From an uncultured virus (IMG/VR IMGVR_UViG_3300027770_000057) (Duplodnaviria; Heunggongvirae; Uroviricota; Caudoviricetes), in the IMG/VR virus record IMGVR_UViG_3300027770_000057, positions 1 to 64,000 of that record: DNA of 64,000 nt. One strand, written 5' to 3'. Made by a program: the position numbers and the translations under genes. This document shows, in pieces, positions 8,244 to 17,891 of the stretch (its first letter is position 1; every line of letters starts with the position of its first letter). Below the pieces are notes generated by a model. That model was not told where the DNA came from, did no database searches, and saw nothing but the letters and a program-made list of their open reading frames with translations.

Positions 8244-9674
8244 TCAAATAATAAAATTTGCAATGGAAAGGCGAGCATAAAACTTCGAACCTTCACGCAA
8301 TAGTTTCTTACCATAACGGGTAAGAATACCACGCCTTGGGCAGAAGCTTTCAGGATCAAGAACAGTAGGAGTCTGGGTGAGTGGAACATATGGGCAATAG
8401 AAATATCCACTGTCCATGTAACTGTCGCCCTTATAACCCATTAAGATCTGATTAGATTGGAATAATGGATCTTTGTATATTCTCCAACGATTGTTGATAG
8501 TACCAACATACTGTACACCTAAAGAAGAGGTGAAAGTTTCACTTGGTGCAGGTGCGAAACCAGCAGTTGCGGTTTCAAAGATTGAAGCAACTTCAGGGGA
8601 AGTTACTAACCAATTTGCACCACCACGCAAAGTTTTGCGATGGATAACATTGGAAACCTCAACTACTTTAACATAGAGGGATTCGTATTTTTCTTTAACC
8701 GTATCACCTAAAGCAGTGCTGTAATCCCAAGCTGCTACAGTTCCAGCATTCAAGCGAAGATCTTGAAGAATTTCACGATCAATTTCAAGATTGATTTCTT
8801 GAGCAAGAACAGCAGTCAATTCAGCTTCAGCGTCAAGATTGTGTTGGCTACGAAGATCTTGTTGAGCTTCATAAGACCATACTGCCTTCAATTTACGAGT
8901 TTTTGCAACGATTTCTTCACTTTCAATTACAAGATTGATTTCGGGAAGATCTTGATTGCATTCCATGTTATACTGGTAATTGATAACAACACTAGAAGCA
9001 CCCAATGCGTTATTCGTAGTTAATGAAATTAAGCCAGTAGTATTATCAACGCTACCGCTAACAACCTTATCAGTAGGAGTACCAATATCAGTTGCACTAA
9101 AGCTATTAGAAGCACTAAAGTTGAAAGTCTGGATAGCAACACCGCCATCATAAACGGTTCCAGTGAAGGTTCCAGCTAAGATTGGAGTATGTTCAGCTAC
9201 GAAAGTTAAACTAGTAGTTGCACCAGCATCGCTGTGAGATTCGTTTTGAACGAATTGGCTACTATAGTAAACATCAAGATTTGAAGTACCATCAGCTAAT
9301 TGTTGCAAGCTATTTGCATCATCGCCTGGAAATCCACCATTATTAGATGCACCACGAATTGCACCTTTATTGGATGAATAACGAAAACGGAGATAATACA
9401 CAAGACCAGTAGGCCCTAAAAGAGGTTGTACTGAAACAATCTTGTTAGCAATTAGTTGAGGATAAATCCTGCGTACTAAAGGAATACTGATTCGTTTGAA
9501 CTGAGCAACATCTGAAGTGTCAGTTGAAATTTCGTTAATAAGTCTTTGATTTTCTAAGAGAACTGCTGTAGAAGAGCGAGTGTTAGGATCGGTAATGCCA
9601 TCAAGGATGCCAGTAGTACCCCAACGAGAAACAAGCTCTTTACTCTCAGTTAAAAATTTTGCATTTGCGTTCAT
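8244..9674 (-). CDS. gp23: major capsid protein, T4 gp23 family
   Basis: AVLLENQ, IPLVRR, VSVQPLLGPTGLVYYLR, AKTRKLKAVWSYEAQQDL, EINLEIDREI, GYFYCPYVPL, ILTRYG. Confidence 0.98.
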   Translation of the reverse strand: MNANAKFLTESKELVSRWGTTGILDGITDPNTRSSTAVLLENQRLINEISTDTSDVAQFKRISIPLVRRIYPQLIANKIVSVQPLLGPTGLVYYLRFRYSSNKGAIRGASNNGGFPGDDANSLQQLADGTSNLDVYYSSQFVQNESHSDAGATTSLTFVAEHTPILAGTFTGTVYDGGVAIQTFNFSASNSFSATDIGTPTDKVVSGSVDNTTGLISLTTNNALGASSVVINYQYNMECNQDLPEINLVIESEEIVAKTRKLKAVWSYEAQQDLRSQHNLDAEAELTAVLAQEINLEIDREILQDLRLNAGTVAAWDYSTALGDTVKEKYESLYVKVVEVSNVIHRKTLRGGANWLVTSPEVASIFETATAGFAPAPSETFTSSLGVQYVGTINNRWRIYKDPLFQSNQILMGYKGDSYMDSGYFYCPYVPLTQTPTVLDPESFCPRRGILTRYGKKLLREGSKFYARLSIANFII

Positions 9675-9699
9675 TGTAAAAAAACCTTTCGTTTAAAAT

Positions 9700-10614
9700 T
9701 TAGTTGCTTTTCTTCACACCAGAAAGAACTAATAATTCGTTGTTTACACCGTTCCCAGAGTTATATTCCGCAATAACCTGAACATTATCGGTGTTGATAT
9801 GTCCTCTCCCCGATGCATTCTTTACTTTTTCAACTCTTTCATTCTGCTCAGATATAATCTGGGCTTTTTTAACTTTAGAATTTTTAGATTCTAATGTATA
9901 ATTATTTCTAGATTCATTTACCATACTATTAAACTTTTTAACGGTTTCATTAAGTTTGGTATTTTCAGTAGAAAGTCTAATGCTGCGAGCTTCTAGGATT
10001 CTAAGTTGACCACGAAGTTCTTCAACATTTTTATTGGATTCATTAATTTTATTAGTTGTAACAAAAGATATATCTTCATTTTTGATATAATCAGAAGTAA
10101 GATCAACGATTTTGTTAAGAACAACTTTATGTTCAACTAAAGATGGATCGCTAAGAATATCAGTTTTTGCTTGTTCATAAATTTCAGAACCTTTTTGTTG
10201 AAGGAATTGATCTACCTTTTCAACAATATATTCTTTCATTTCTGCCAATTTAGAATCGTATTCTTCATACAAAGAAGTTTCGATGTCTTTATTTTTGCTG
10301 CGTTCATTAAGAAGCATTTGATATGCTTCTTCGTAACCTTCATCAAGAGAGTTATCGAATTCATCTTTTTGAGACTCTAAGCGATTGCGAAGGTCAGTGA
10401 TAATTTCATAAGCTTCTTGATAACCCTTATAAGCAGTTTTTTCTGCTTTTTCTAAATCGGTAGTAAGCTGTTGATAAGCTTCCTCTAAATTAGAATTATA
10501 TTCTTTTTCTATTTCTTCCTTAGCTGAGGATAGCATTTCCTTAACAGCCGAGGCAACTTCAACTAATTGATCCTGTGGGATCAAGTTTTTCAATGATTCA
10601 GTAATTTTGTCCAT
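9700..10614 (-). CDS. prohead core scaffolding protein (gp22-like)
   Basis: Acidic coiled coil between protease and capsid genes; IVEKVDQFL; several L/I-x-E sites. Confidence 0.8.
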   Translation of the reverse strand: MDKITESLKNLIPQDQLVEVASAVKEMLSSAKEEIEKEYNSNLEEAYQQLTTDLEKAEKTAYKGYQEAYEIITDLRNRLESQKDEFDNSLDEGYEEAYQMLLNERSKNKDIETSLYEEYDSKLAEMKEYIVEKVDQFLQQKGSEIYEQAKTDILSDPSLVEHKVVLNKIVDLTSDYIKNEDISFVTTNKINESNKNVEELRGQLRILEARSIRLSTENTKLNETVKKFNSMVNESRNNYTLESKNSKVKKAQIISEQNERVEKVKNASGRGHINTDNVQVIAEYNSGNGVNNELLVLSGVKKSN

Positions 10615-10618
10615 TATC

Positions 10619-11284
10619 CTAACCTCTCTCTTTTAAGCTGGAAGTATGTGATTTAATAATTCCGCCAATGCAAGCAATTAAAGCGTTTTTATTTACTTTA
10701 TTATTTATGCTTGTATCATTATTTTTTTGAGAAATAATAGAATTATTTTCAGGAAAGTTTTGAAAGCCTTCCTTTGTTGCAACGATTTTTTCTTGAAAAG
10801 CACCATTTGTACTTGGATCTGCAACAATATCAAAAGTGATAAGTTTATAGCCTTCGCTAATAACTAAAACACCACTTTCGTTATTTTTTCCATTTCCAAC
10901 GCCACGGCTGCTGATGCCTACTCTTACACCATCGTTGATAAGTGCTCTAAGAGTTCTACCATAGGGTGTATTAAGGATTTCTCCTTCACCCATTAAAGCA
11001 TTGCCTTCCCACCATAATTTAGTAATTAAGTGAGATGCATGTTCAAAGTGAATAATAGAATCGGTTGGATGATCTAACTCTCCAACTAATCCTCTAGCTT
11101 TTATAATTTCATTTAAAGAATCTACATTGTTCTTTAAAACAGTTTCAGGGTATAACCTGCCATTTTTATTAGCTTCGTTACAAGCTTGGAATTTGCCACG
11201 AAATTTTACAACTCCGTTACTTCCCTCATTAAGCGTGAGGTTAACTCCATTATTAAGGCAAGAATCTATTAATAACATACTCAT
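10619..11284 (-). CDS. gp21: prohead core protease, T4 gp21 family
   Basis: NKNGRLYP, GELDHP, ASHLI, ILNTPYG, GISSRGVG, FDIVADPS. Confidence 0.97.
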   Translation of the reverse strand: MSMLLIDSCLNNGVNLTLNEGSNGVVKFRGKFQACNEANKNGRLYPETVLKNNVDSLNEIIKARGLVGELDHPTDSIIHFEHASHLITKLWWEGNALMGEGEILNTPYGRTLRALINDGVRVGISSRGVGNGKNNESGVLVISEGYKLITFDIVADPSTNGAFQEKIVATKEGFQNFPENNSIISQKNNDTSINNKVNKNALIACIGGIIKSHTSSLKERG

Positions 11285-11304
11285 ATTACCTCCTTAATAA
11301 TTGG

Positions 11305-13002
11305 TTATTTGTCACTATTGTGTAGGTGCATAAAGCTTTGATCCAAAGTCATTCCATTTTTTGGAATATAAGGATTGCTTAGGTTTGGCCAAGTATCACT
11401 TCCTTGATTAGTAGCTAAACCATCACCTTCTGTAGTGTTTGGATCTTTATCATTTACTTGAGGAATAACATCCTTAAGAACATAAGGATTATTCAAGGCT
11501 GGGAAAATATCTTTACCAGCAGAAGTATATGCAGATTTTGCAGAGTTATCTATGCCAATTTTATTACCATCAGAAGTTACAACACCTTTATAATCACCGT
11601 TATATTTGCTTGGGAAAGCTTCAATTTTAGCTTTCTTAGCAAGAATAGGATGATCGCCATTTAAAGAATTGTGTGGTTTGTCATAATTACCAATAGTATT
11701 GCTTGACATTGCAATATTTGAAGCTTCTGTTAAAGACTTAATTAAATTATTACCAGCTTCTAAAACATTATAATTTAATTCACTATCACCAGAAATAACA
11801 AGCTTAAGATCTTCAAGACCTTCGGAAATTTTTGCTTTTGCTAACTTATTTCCATTGTTTCTTGAAATAACATTATATACTTCATCGAGTATTTTATATG
11901 CATCTACAAAAGATTGAAATTCACGATTGTATTGATCATCAAGACCTGGTAATACTTTTTCGCAAGTTTTACGATAAGCATTATAATCTTCTGTATATTC
12001 TTGGCCATTAATCTTGAATACTTTATTAACACTGTCTGCGTAAGCATTATGTGCAGTTCTTAAAATGCCTTCTGCCATAAAGTTACAAGTTTGATCATCA
12101 TAATTATTACTATCAGATGCTTCTAATGATTCTTTTATCATGTTAGCTAGTTCATTTTGGTTTAAGAAAACTAAACTTGGCCAAGCACCAACAATATTTT
12201 CAAGAGTAGTTTCTACTTCTTTAACATCTGAAACAGCGTTTGCTCTACGCAAATCATTAATAGCTCTTAAAAAATTATTTTCTTTAACAAGTTTTTTAGC
12301 ATTAGATCTTTGATAAGTAACCTCAGAGCTTGGAGTTTTCCAATTAAATGAAAGTATTTTTCCTTCATTTCTTAATTTCAAACGAGGTAGTTTTACAGAA
12401 ACAACATTGTTACTATTATCGTGGGATAAAGAAACATTATTAAATAAAGGATTTCCTTTTTTGAAATTTAAGAATTCTTGTATGTTTTCAGACATTGCTT
12501 TGAATTCTTCAATTTTAGATTTTCTGAAAAGCATTTTTACACTATCAAATTCAGAAGGTTTGTTATAGCTAGATTCATTAATTTTATTGGCTTTTTTATT
12601 CTTACCAAGTCCTTCTTTGAATACTTTTTTGTTAATTGGCATGTGTATATAGTTTTCAAACATTTCACTAGCAAGGTTTTTTTTATCTTCTAGAATTGCT
12701 TCAACCATATTGGTAATAAACTTTTTATTAGCAACTCTTTCAGATTCTTCATTAACGACTAATTCCTTAATATTATCTAACAAAAGATTGTTATTATCTA
12801 AGTTATAAGTTGCGTGAATGTAAGTATCTTGTGGAGTAACAAAAGTTACTTCCGTTTCGTTAAGACAATGAACCTTTAAAGATTCAAGCCTTAGCCTTTT
12901 AGCTAAAATATCGCAAGATTCATTAATTTCTTTCATAGCGACATTAATAGATTTTTTTTCAATTTCATTAATAACATTGATATCAATAAGTTTTCTCTTC
13001 AT
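11305..13002 (-). CDS. putative prohead core/head protein
   Basis: 565-aa ORF directly upstream of the protease; GGGAG SD; many L/I/V-x-E sites; duplicated FP/WPxLxNPY(V/I) motif near the C-terminus. Confidence 0.65.
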   Translation of the reverse strand: MKRKLIDINVINEIEKKSINVAMKEINESCDILAKRLRLESLKVHCLNETEVTFVTPQDTYIHATYNLDNNNLLLDNIKELVVNEESERVANKKFITNMVEAILEDKKNLASEMFENYIHMPINKKVFKEGLGKNKKANKINESSYNKPSEFDSVKMLFRKSKIEEFKAMSENIQEFLNFKKGNPLFNNVSLSHDNSNNVVSVKLPRLKLRNEGKILSFNWKTPSSEVTYQRSNAKKLVKENNFLRAINDLRRANAVSDVKEVETTLENIVGAWPSLVFLNQNELANMIKESLEASDSNNYDDQTCNFMAEGILRTAHNAYADSVNKVFKINGQEYTEDYNAYRKTCEKVLPGLDDQYNREFQSFVDAYKILDEVYNVISRNNGNKLAKAKISEGLEDLKLVISGDSELNYNVLEAGNNLIKSLTEASNIAMSSNTIGNYDKPHNSLNGDHPILAKKAKIEAFPSKYNGDYKGVVTSDGNKIGIDNSAKSAYTSAGKDIFPALNNPYVLKDVIPQVNDKDPNTTEGDGLATNQGSDTWPNLSNPYIPKNGMTLDQSFMHLHNSDK

Positions 13003-13038
13003 CTTTATGCTCCCTAATTAGGTTTCAACAAAATATTT

Positions 13039-13186
13039 ATTGAATCACTTCTCAATTTTTATTTTTTTATAGATTGTGTTACAATCTTTTGTTCTCATGA
13101 GAAACAAATTTAGCTTTTTACTAAAACTAAAAATAAAATAAAATTTATGAACTTTTTTATATGTTCACATATTACATAGTTATGTA
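13039..13186 (-). promoter_or_regulatory. multi-hairpin intergenic element upstream of the head operon
   Basis: Adjacent inverted repeats AGATTGT/ACAATCT, TTTGTTCTC/GAGAAACAAA, TTTAG/CTAAA, TGAAC/GTTCA, TACATA/TATGTA. Confidence 0.45.
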
Positions 13187-13216
13187 TGCATAAGTTTTGA
13201 AAATTAAAGGAAAAAG

Positions 13217-13516
13217 ATGTATTCTTTTAAAAAATTTATAAAAATCAAAGAAGCGTATCAAGTAGATATTGAATATGATTATGTAACTGAATTGGATGAT
13301 ATAATTAATGCTGCTAAGATATTTATCATTAAAAACCCTAAAAAAATGAAAGAATTTCTTGAAAAGGAAAGTAAGAATGATGAGGAATTAAAGAATTTAT
13401 ATCAATTTAAATTTTTAGATAAAAGTAACCAACTTAATAATATTAAAAAACCTAATACTCCACTTGGGTATTTTGCTGGATATGATTTTTTGCAAAAAAT
13501 TGATTCTCCAATATGA
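13217..13516 (+). CDS. small protein with capsid-targeting-like N-terminus
   Basis: MYSFKKFIKIKEA; AAAGGA SD. Confidence 0.65.
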   Translation: MYSFKKFIKIKEAYQVDIEYDYVTELDDIINAAKIFIIKNPKKMKEFLEKESKNDEELKNLYQFKFLDKSNQLNNIKKPNTPLGYFAGYDFLQKIDSPI

Positions 13517-13564
13517 TAAAAGTTATCAATACTGTATATTGTGTTTAATAAATAAAATTAATTA

Positions 13565-16093
13565 TTAAAAATTTTCTTCTGAATGATCAATATCTTCATG
13601 ATCTTGCTCAGAAGCATAGTCTTCAATATTCATATCGTATTTTTCTAAATCTTCTTTGCTTGGTTCCGCTAAAAGCGAACCAGATTGTTTTGAACTTGTA
13701 GGAGGAGTAGTACCGCCTAATTCTCCACCTGTATCAGGACTTGGAGAAGTTTCGCCACTTTCTGGTGGCTGTAATAATGTATTTGGGCCTTCAGGGGTTG
13801 CTCCAATTTCAGGATTTTCCTTAGAATCTGTTCCTTCGGCAGGAATACCTACACCAAGAAGCTGAGGATTTTGAGTAATAATTTGCATCTTAGCATCTTC
13901 AAGTTTTTGAAGTTTCATTCTTGCTACAATTTCTTCAGTCTCATCAGGAGTATACTTCATCCACTTGTTTAGAATGTCATAATCAGAAAGCATAAGAGAA
14001 CTCTTTAGAGATGTGGCATTTGTAATTCTAGCTGCCATAACATCTGCTCTGCTAAGTTCTCTCCAATCTGATGGAGGAGTCATTTTTATAGTTAAATCTA
14101 AATATGATTCTTTGGGATAACCTTTTAACCTTAAATGTCTATCAGCAATTTCCCATAAGCCATCTTCGAAGCAAGATTGAAATCTTTCAATTAATCTTGC
14201 AAATCTAACATCTTGAGCACTTAATGAAATTTTTGTAATATTTACATCTTCAACATTAAAATAATTTTTAGGAAAATTAAGTGCTGTGAATAATTTATTT
14301 CTAAAGTACAAGCAATCATCTACCTCACCTAAGTTTTGAGCACCAGGTAATGTTTCAATTTTAGTATTGCTATTTGGTCTTATTGGTAGCCAATAATCTT
14401 CGTCTTGCGAAGGAGCATGCCATTTTTCATCTACACTATTTGCACCAGATGAGTAACGCATTTGCGTTTTTCTTTTTCTAAATTGATCTTTCATTCTTTC
14501 GATAAATGATTCTGCTTTAAATGGAGGCAAAGTACCAACATCTATGTAAAAAACCCTGCGTTCTGGTGCTCTACTTAGTCTGTAAACAAGCATTGCATCT
14601 TCACATAGTCTTACTTGTTGTGCAGGTCCTCTGGCAGCTTCAACAACTGAAACACCATAAGGATAAAAGCTTTTCCTATCTTCTCCAATTCTGATGTGAA
14701 TTATTTGTTCTGGTGCAAATCTTATTGCTGTAGAATTTATCATTTGCGTATCAGTAGTAGCTACTATTGGAGAAGAAATTAAAGATGTGTAATCTGGCCC
14801 TTCTTTGCTTTGTTGAAACTCAACTATTTTACCTTTTGTAGTTTCTATTCGATACATAGAATCAACTGGCAACCTTGCAATTTTATAAATTCCCTCTGTA
14901 GGATTTTCTTGATTAATTACAATTTCCCAAAACAAATCTCCATAAACTAAAAGATTTTTAAAATCTCCCCAAACTGTACGATTTAAATTAAGCATGCTTC
15001 TGTGATAAAGCAAAAATTTTAATTCTGATTTAATATCTTCATTTTCACAAGAAATTGTAAAAATATTACCATCTGTATCTCTTTGGCAATTATGAACAAT
15101 AATTGAATCTGTTGCGAAGTTATGATGGTTTTCAACTGTCATATCATATACTTCCTGTACAGATCCTTTTTCTACAGCCATTACAACTCTTCTGTCTTTA
15201 TAAGTTTTTAAATACTTCATTTCTTTTACAGAAAATCCATTTTTGCTAAGTCTATATTTTGTAGTTCTCCAATCAACTTTAGTTAAGGTTGCAACATCTT
15301 TGCATTTTAATCCAAGGCTTATAAGTTTCGTTGTTTCGTTTATTTTTTCATATTTATTTAAATCTTTTTCAGCTTTAAATTCTTCAATAAATTGTCTTTC
15401 GTGAATCCATCCCTTTTGGTGGGTGTATATTCTTGGAAATTGATTTATTTTTGATTTTGTTAAATCTTGATTTGCTTTTAATCTATAAAATGGCATTAAT
15501 TGATCATGAAATTTTAAGTCGCCAGCTTGTTTCCAAGTTCCATTTTTCATTAAAATACGATGATCAGCAGTACATTCAATGTGTTCACCATTATCAAAAT
15601 ATACCTTTACTGTTTCTGCTGTTTTTGTAATTCTTACATCGTAAGCCCAACTTAAGGCATAATCTTCTTTTTCAAAATCATAACAATAAACTAAAAATTT
15701 CTGATTTTTCTTTATTTCATATAATTCTTTTATAGTTTTTTGACCAAAAGGCGTTGATATTTTTGTATCGCCAGCCAAGCAAGCTTCATCTGTATAAACA
15801 TTTATTACAGATTCAATTTCTGGCATAGATCTTAATCTATCATATTCCTTATATCTACTCATTCTATTTGAAATCGTAGAAAGATCTATAAAATCATTGC
15901 TTTCTCTTAGTCTTACCAACCTTTGATCTTGATTTCCATAAAATCCACCGTCTGGTGAAATAGAAGGAACTGAATCTGGATTTTGAATACCAGCACCAAC
16001 AATATCTCTCGTAGAAATCTTTTTAGAGATTGGATCATCTGAGAAAGCGTAAGTAAAAGTCTTGTAAAAATTAGCCCAAATTGGTGAAGGCAT
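13565..16093 (-). CDS. gp20: portal protein, T4 gp20 family, interrupted by an intein
   Basis: MPEIESVINVYTDEA, EDAMLVYRLSRAPERRVFYIDVGTLP, EDYWLPIR, IETLPGAQNLGEVDD, FARLIER. Confidence 0.97.
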   Translation of the reverse strand: MPSPIWANFYKTFTYAFSDDPISKKISTRDIVGAGIQNPDSVPSISPDGGFYGNQDQRLVRLRESNDFIDLSTISNRMSRYKEYDRLRSMPEIESVINVYTDEACLAGDTKISTPFGQKTIKELYEIKKNQKFLVYCYDFEKEDYALSWAYDVRITKTAETVKVYFDNGEHIECTADHRILMKNGTWKQAGDLKFHDQLMPFYRLKANQDLTKSKINQFPRIYTHQKGWIHERQFIEEFKAEKDLNKYEKINETTKLISLGLKCKDVATLTKVDWRTTKYRLSKNGFSVKEMKYLKTYKDRRVVMAVEKGSVQEVYDMTVENHHNFATDSIIVHNCQRDTDGNIFTISCENEDIKSELKFLLYHRSMLNLNRTVWGDFKNLLVYGDLFWEIVINQENPTEGIYKIARLPVDSMYRIETTKGKIVEFQQSKEGPDYTSLISSPIVATTDTQMINSTAIRFAPEQIIHIRIGEDRKSFYPYGVSVVEAARGPAQQVRLCEDAMLVYRLSRAPERRVFYIDVGTLPPFKAESFIERMKDQFRKRKTQMRYSSGANSVDEKWHAPSQDEDYWLPIRPNSNTKIETLPGAQNLGEVDDCLYFRNKLFTALNFPKNYFNVEDVNITKISLSAQDVRFARLIERFQSCFEDGLWEIADRHLRLKGYPKESYLDLTIKMTPPSDWRELSRADVMAARITNATSLKSSLMLSDYDILNKWMKYTPDETEEIVARMKLQKLEDAKMQIITQNPQLLGVGIPAEGTDSKENPEIGATPEGPNTLLQPPESGETSPSPDTGGELGGTTPPTSSKQSGSLLAEPSKEDLEKYDMNIEDYASEQDHEDIDHSEENF
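15089..15781 (-). mobile_element. intein (231 aa) in the portal gene
   Basis: Block A CLAGDTKI, block B CTADHRIL, block F VYDMTVENHHNF, block G IIVHN followed by Cys+1. Confidence 0.95.
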
Positions 16094-16139
16094 ATAATTC
16101 CTTTGAATCTTTATATTATTATTATTATAATAGTTATAA

Positions 16140-16754
16140 ATGTTAAGTTTAAAATTATTACAAAAGAAAGCTATTTTACTTGCAAGCCATTATGGTTGTG
16201 AGGTCTTTAATTTATATAACAATTTAATTAATATCAATAGAATCAACGGATTTTTGAGGAAAAGTCCTAAAAGAATTAGTGATTACGATGATCCAGCATG
16301 TTCTTATTTATTTTCAAATAAACATTTATATCCAAAAAAAGACAAGATATATTTAGATGTTTTGTTATTTAATTACCAAATAAGCTGTAAAGAATTATTT
16401 AAAAATCAGAGTTTAGAATTTTTATTCTATTTAGGAAATGGAATTTCTACAGTAGAAAAAATTGTACAAACTACTGGATTGGAAAAAGAAGCTGCAAGAA
16501 GATATTATTGTTTTAGATTAAGAAGGCTTTGCGAAATGATAGAAAAGCTTCCAAATTGTTATGTTTTCATCGAAGGAATTTCTAAACTTGAAAATTTAAG
16601 TATTTATCTTAACGAAAAGTATAAAATTATACCTGATGTTAAATTAAATTATTCTATAAAAATTGAAAGTCAAGGAATTCCTGAAAATTGCTTTGAAAGA
16701 TATTATGCTTTTATACAGCACTGCGATGAGAAAAAATTTCTTAAAATAATTTAA
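16140..16754 (+). CDS. hypothetical protein
   Basis: 204-aa ORF divergent from the portal. Confidence 0.7.
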   Translation: MLSLKLLQKKAILLASHYGCEVFNLYNNLININRINGFLRKSPKRISDYDDPACSYLFSNKHLYPKKDKIYLDVLLFNYQISCKELFKNQSLEFLFYLGNGISTVEKIVQTTGLEKEAARRYYCFRLRRLCEMIEKLPNCYVFIEGISKLENLSIYLNEKYKIIPDVKLNYSIKIESQGIPENCFERYYAFIQHCDEKKFLKII

Positions 16755-17068
16755 TCGATCAGAATTGTTATTGGGTTGTTTTCTTGAGAATTAGTAGGAT
16801 TTTTAATTTTTTTAATGTTTTTTTCTTGTTCTTTAATCATATTATCAAGATTATTTACAATTGTTTTTAATTGATAATCATTAAGTTGCACAGCTAAATT
16901 ATTGGAAATATTATTTTGTTCTCTTTTATCTCTTTTTTTTTCAACTTTTTCAACAATAGAAAGTGCAGACCTAAGAATTGGTTTAATATTTTCAAAAACA
17001 AAGTCATTAGGTGTATTCTGCAAAGCCAATAATAAATGTTTTTTTAAAATACTAGTATTATGTTTCAT
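16751..17068 (-). CDS. hypothetical protein
   Basis: 105-aa ORF coupled to the upstream gene; AAGGA SD. Confidence 0.7.
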   Translation of the reverse strand: MKHNTSILKKHLLLALQNTPNDFVFENIKPILRSALSIVEKVEKKRDKREQNNISNNLAVQLNDYQLKTIVNNLDNMIKEQEKNIKKIKNPTNSQENNPITILID

Positions 17069-17069
17069 G

Positions 17070-17891
17070 TTATTTCCTTATAAAGTCAAATATTTGAAAT
17101 TTATTATCAAAAATAGAAAAAGCATTTTTGTCGTCAGATACAACTTCATTTTTCCTGCATTTTACCTGAATATTATTTTTAAAAGGCCTAATACTTAATT
17201 TTTCATTTTCTAAAAACGCACATTTTAAAAACAACATATTTTTCTTAACTTCATCTATGTTTTTTATATGTTCAAAACTTACAAATAAATTAATTAAAGA
17301 TTTATCTTTATTTCTATTTTCAAAAAATTCATTAAATTCTTTGTTTTTACAATTTAAAATATTTATTTTTTTATTTTCAAAATTAATATTCAATTCAAAT
17401 TCTTCTTTTTTATTTGTAATTTTAAATTTATTTATAGGTAAAAAACAATCATAATCTTTAGATGTTATTTCAAAATAATCATCTTTATTAGTTGATATTA
17501 GCATCTCAGAAATTAATAATTTTGCATAATTAGCATTTTTAAATGTTTGATTGCTTAATTCATCTGCATAGCTTTCAAAAAAATCATTTATGCAATTGTC
17601 ATCAGCGTATATTTTTAAAAAATCTGGTATTGCATTTTCTTTATAATAATTTCTACATTCTACTAAAAATTCATTTTTATTTTTATTAATATTTCTATTA
17701 AATAATGAAATTTCTTTCAAACTTAATTTGTCTAGATTGTAATCAATAAAATTTTTATCAATTAAACAATTTTTAATCCATTCCGATGAAAACATATTAT
17801 TTCTTAATGCTTTTTTATATTCATTAAGTTTTATTTTTATACTTAGCTTAGTTTCTTTTTTAAGTAAGCTTTCTTTAAAAGATATTACCAT
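17070..17891 (-). CDS. hypothetical protein
   Basis: 273-aa ORF overlapping the terminase stop; AAGGAG SD. Confidence 0.7.
   Translation of the reverse strand: MVISFKESLLKKETKLSIKIKLNEYKKALRNNMFSSEWIKNCLIDKNFIDYNLDKLSLKEISLFNRNINKNKNEFLVECRNYYKENAIPDFLKIYADDNCINDFFESYADELSNQTFKNANYAKLLISEMLISTNKDDYFEITSKDYDCFLPINKFKITNKKEEFELNINFENKKINILNCKNKEFNEFFENRNKDKSLINLFVSFEHIKNIDEVKKNMLFLKCAFLENEKLSIRPFKNNIQVKCRKNEVVSDDKNAFSIFDNKFQIFDFIRK

Noticed and set aside
13056..13143. Possible tRNA (cloverleaf shape)
   Set aside because: No T-loop GTTCRA or D-loop GG consensus and AT-only closing stems; kept only as a structured element
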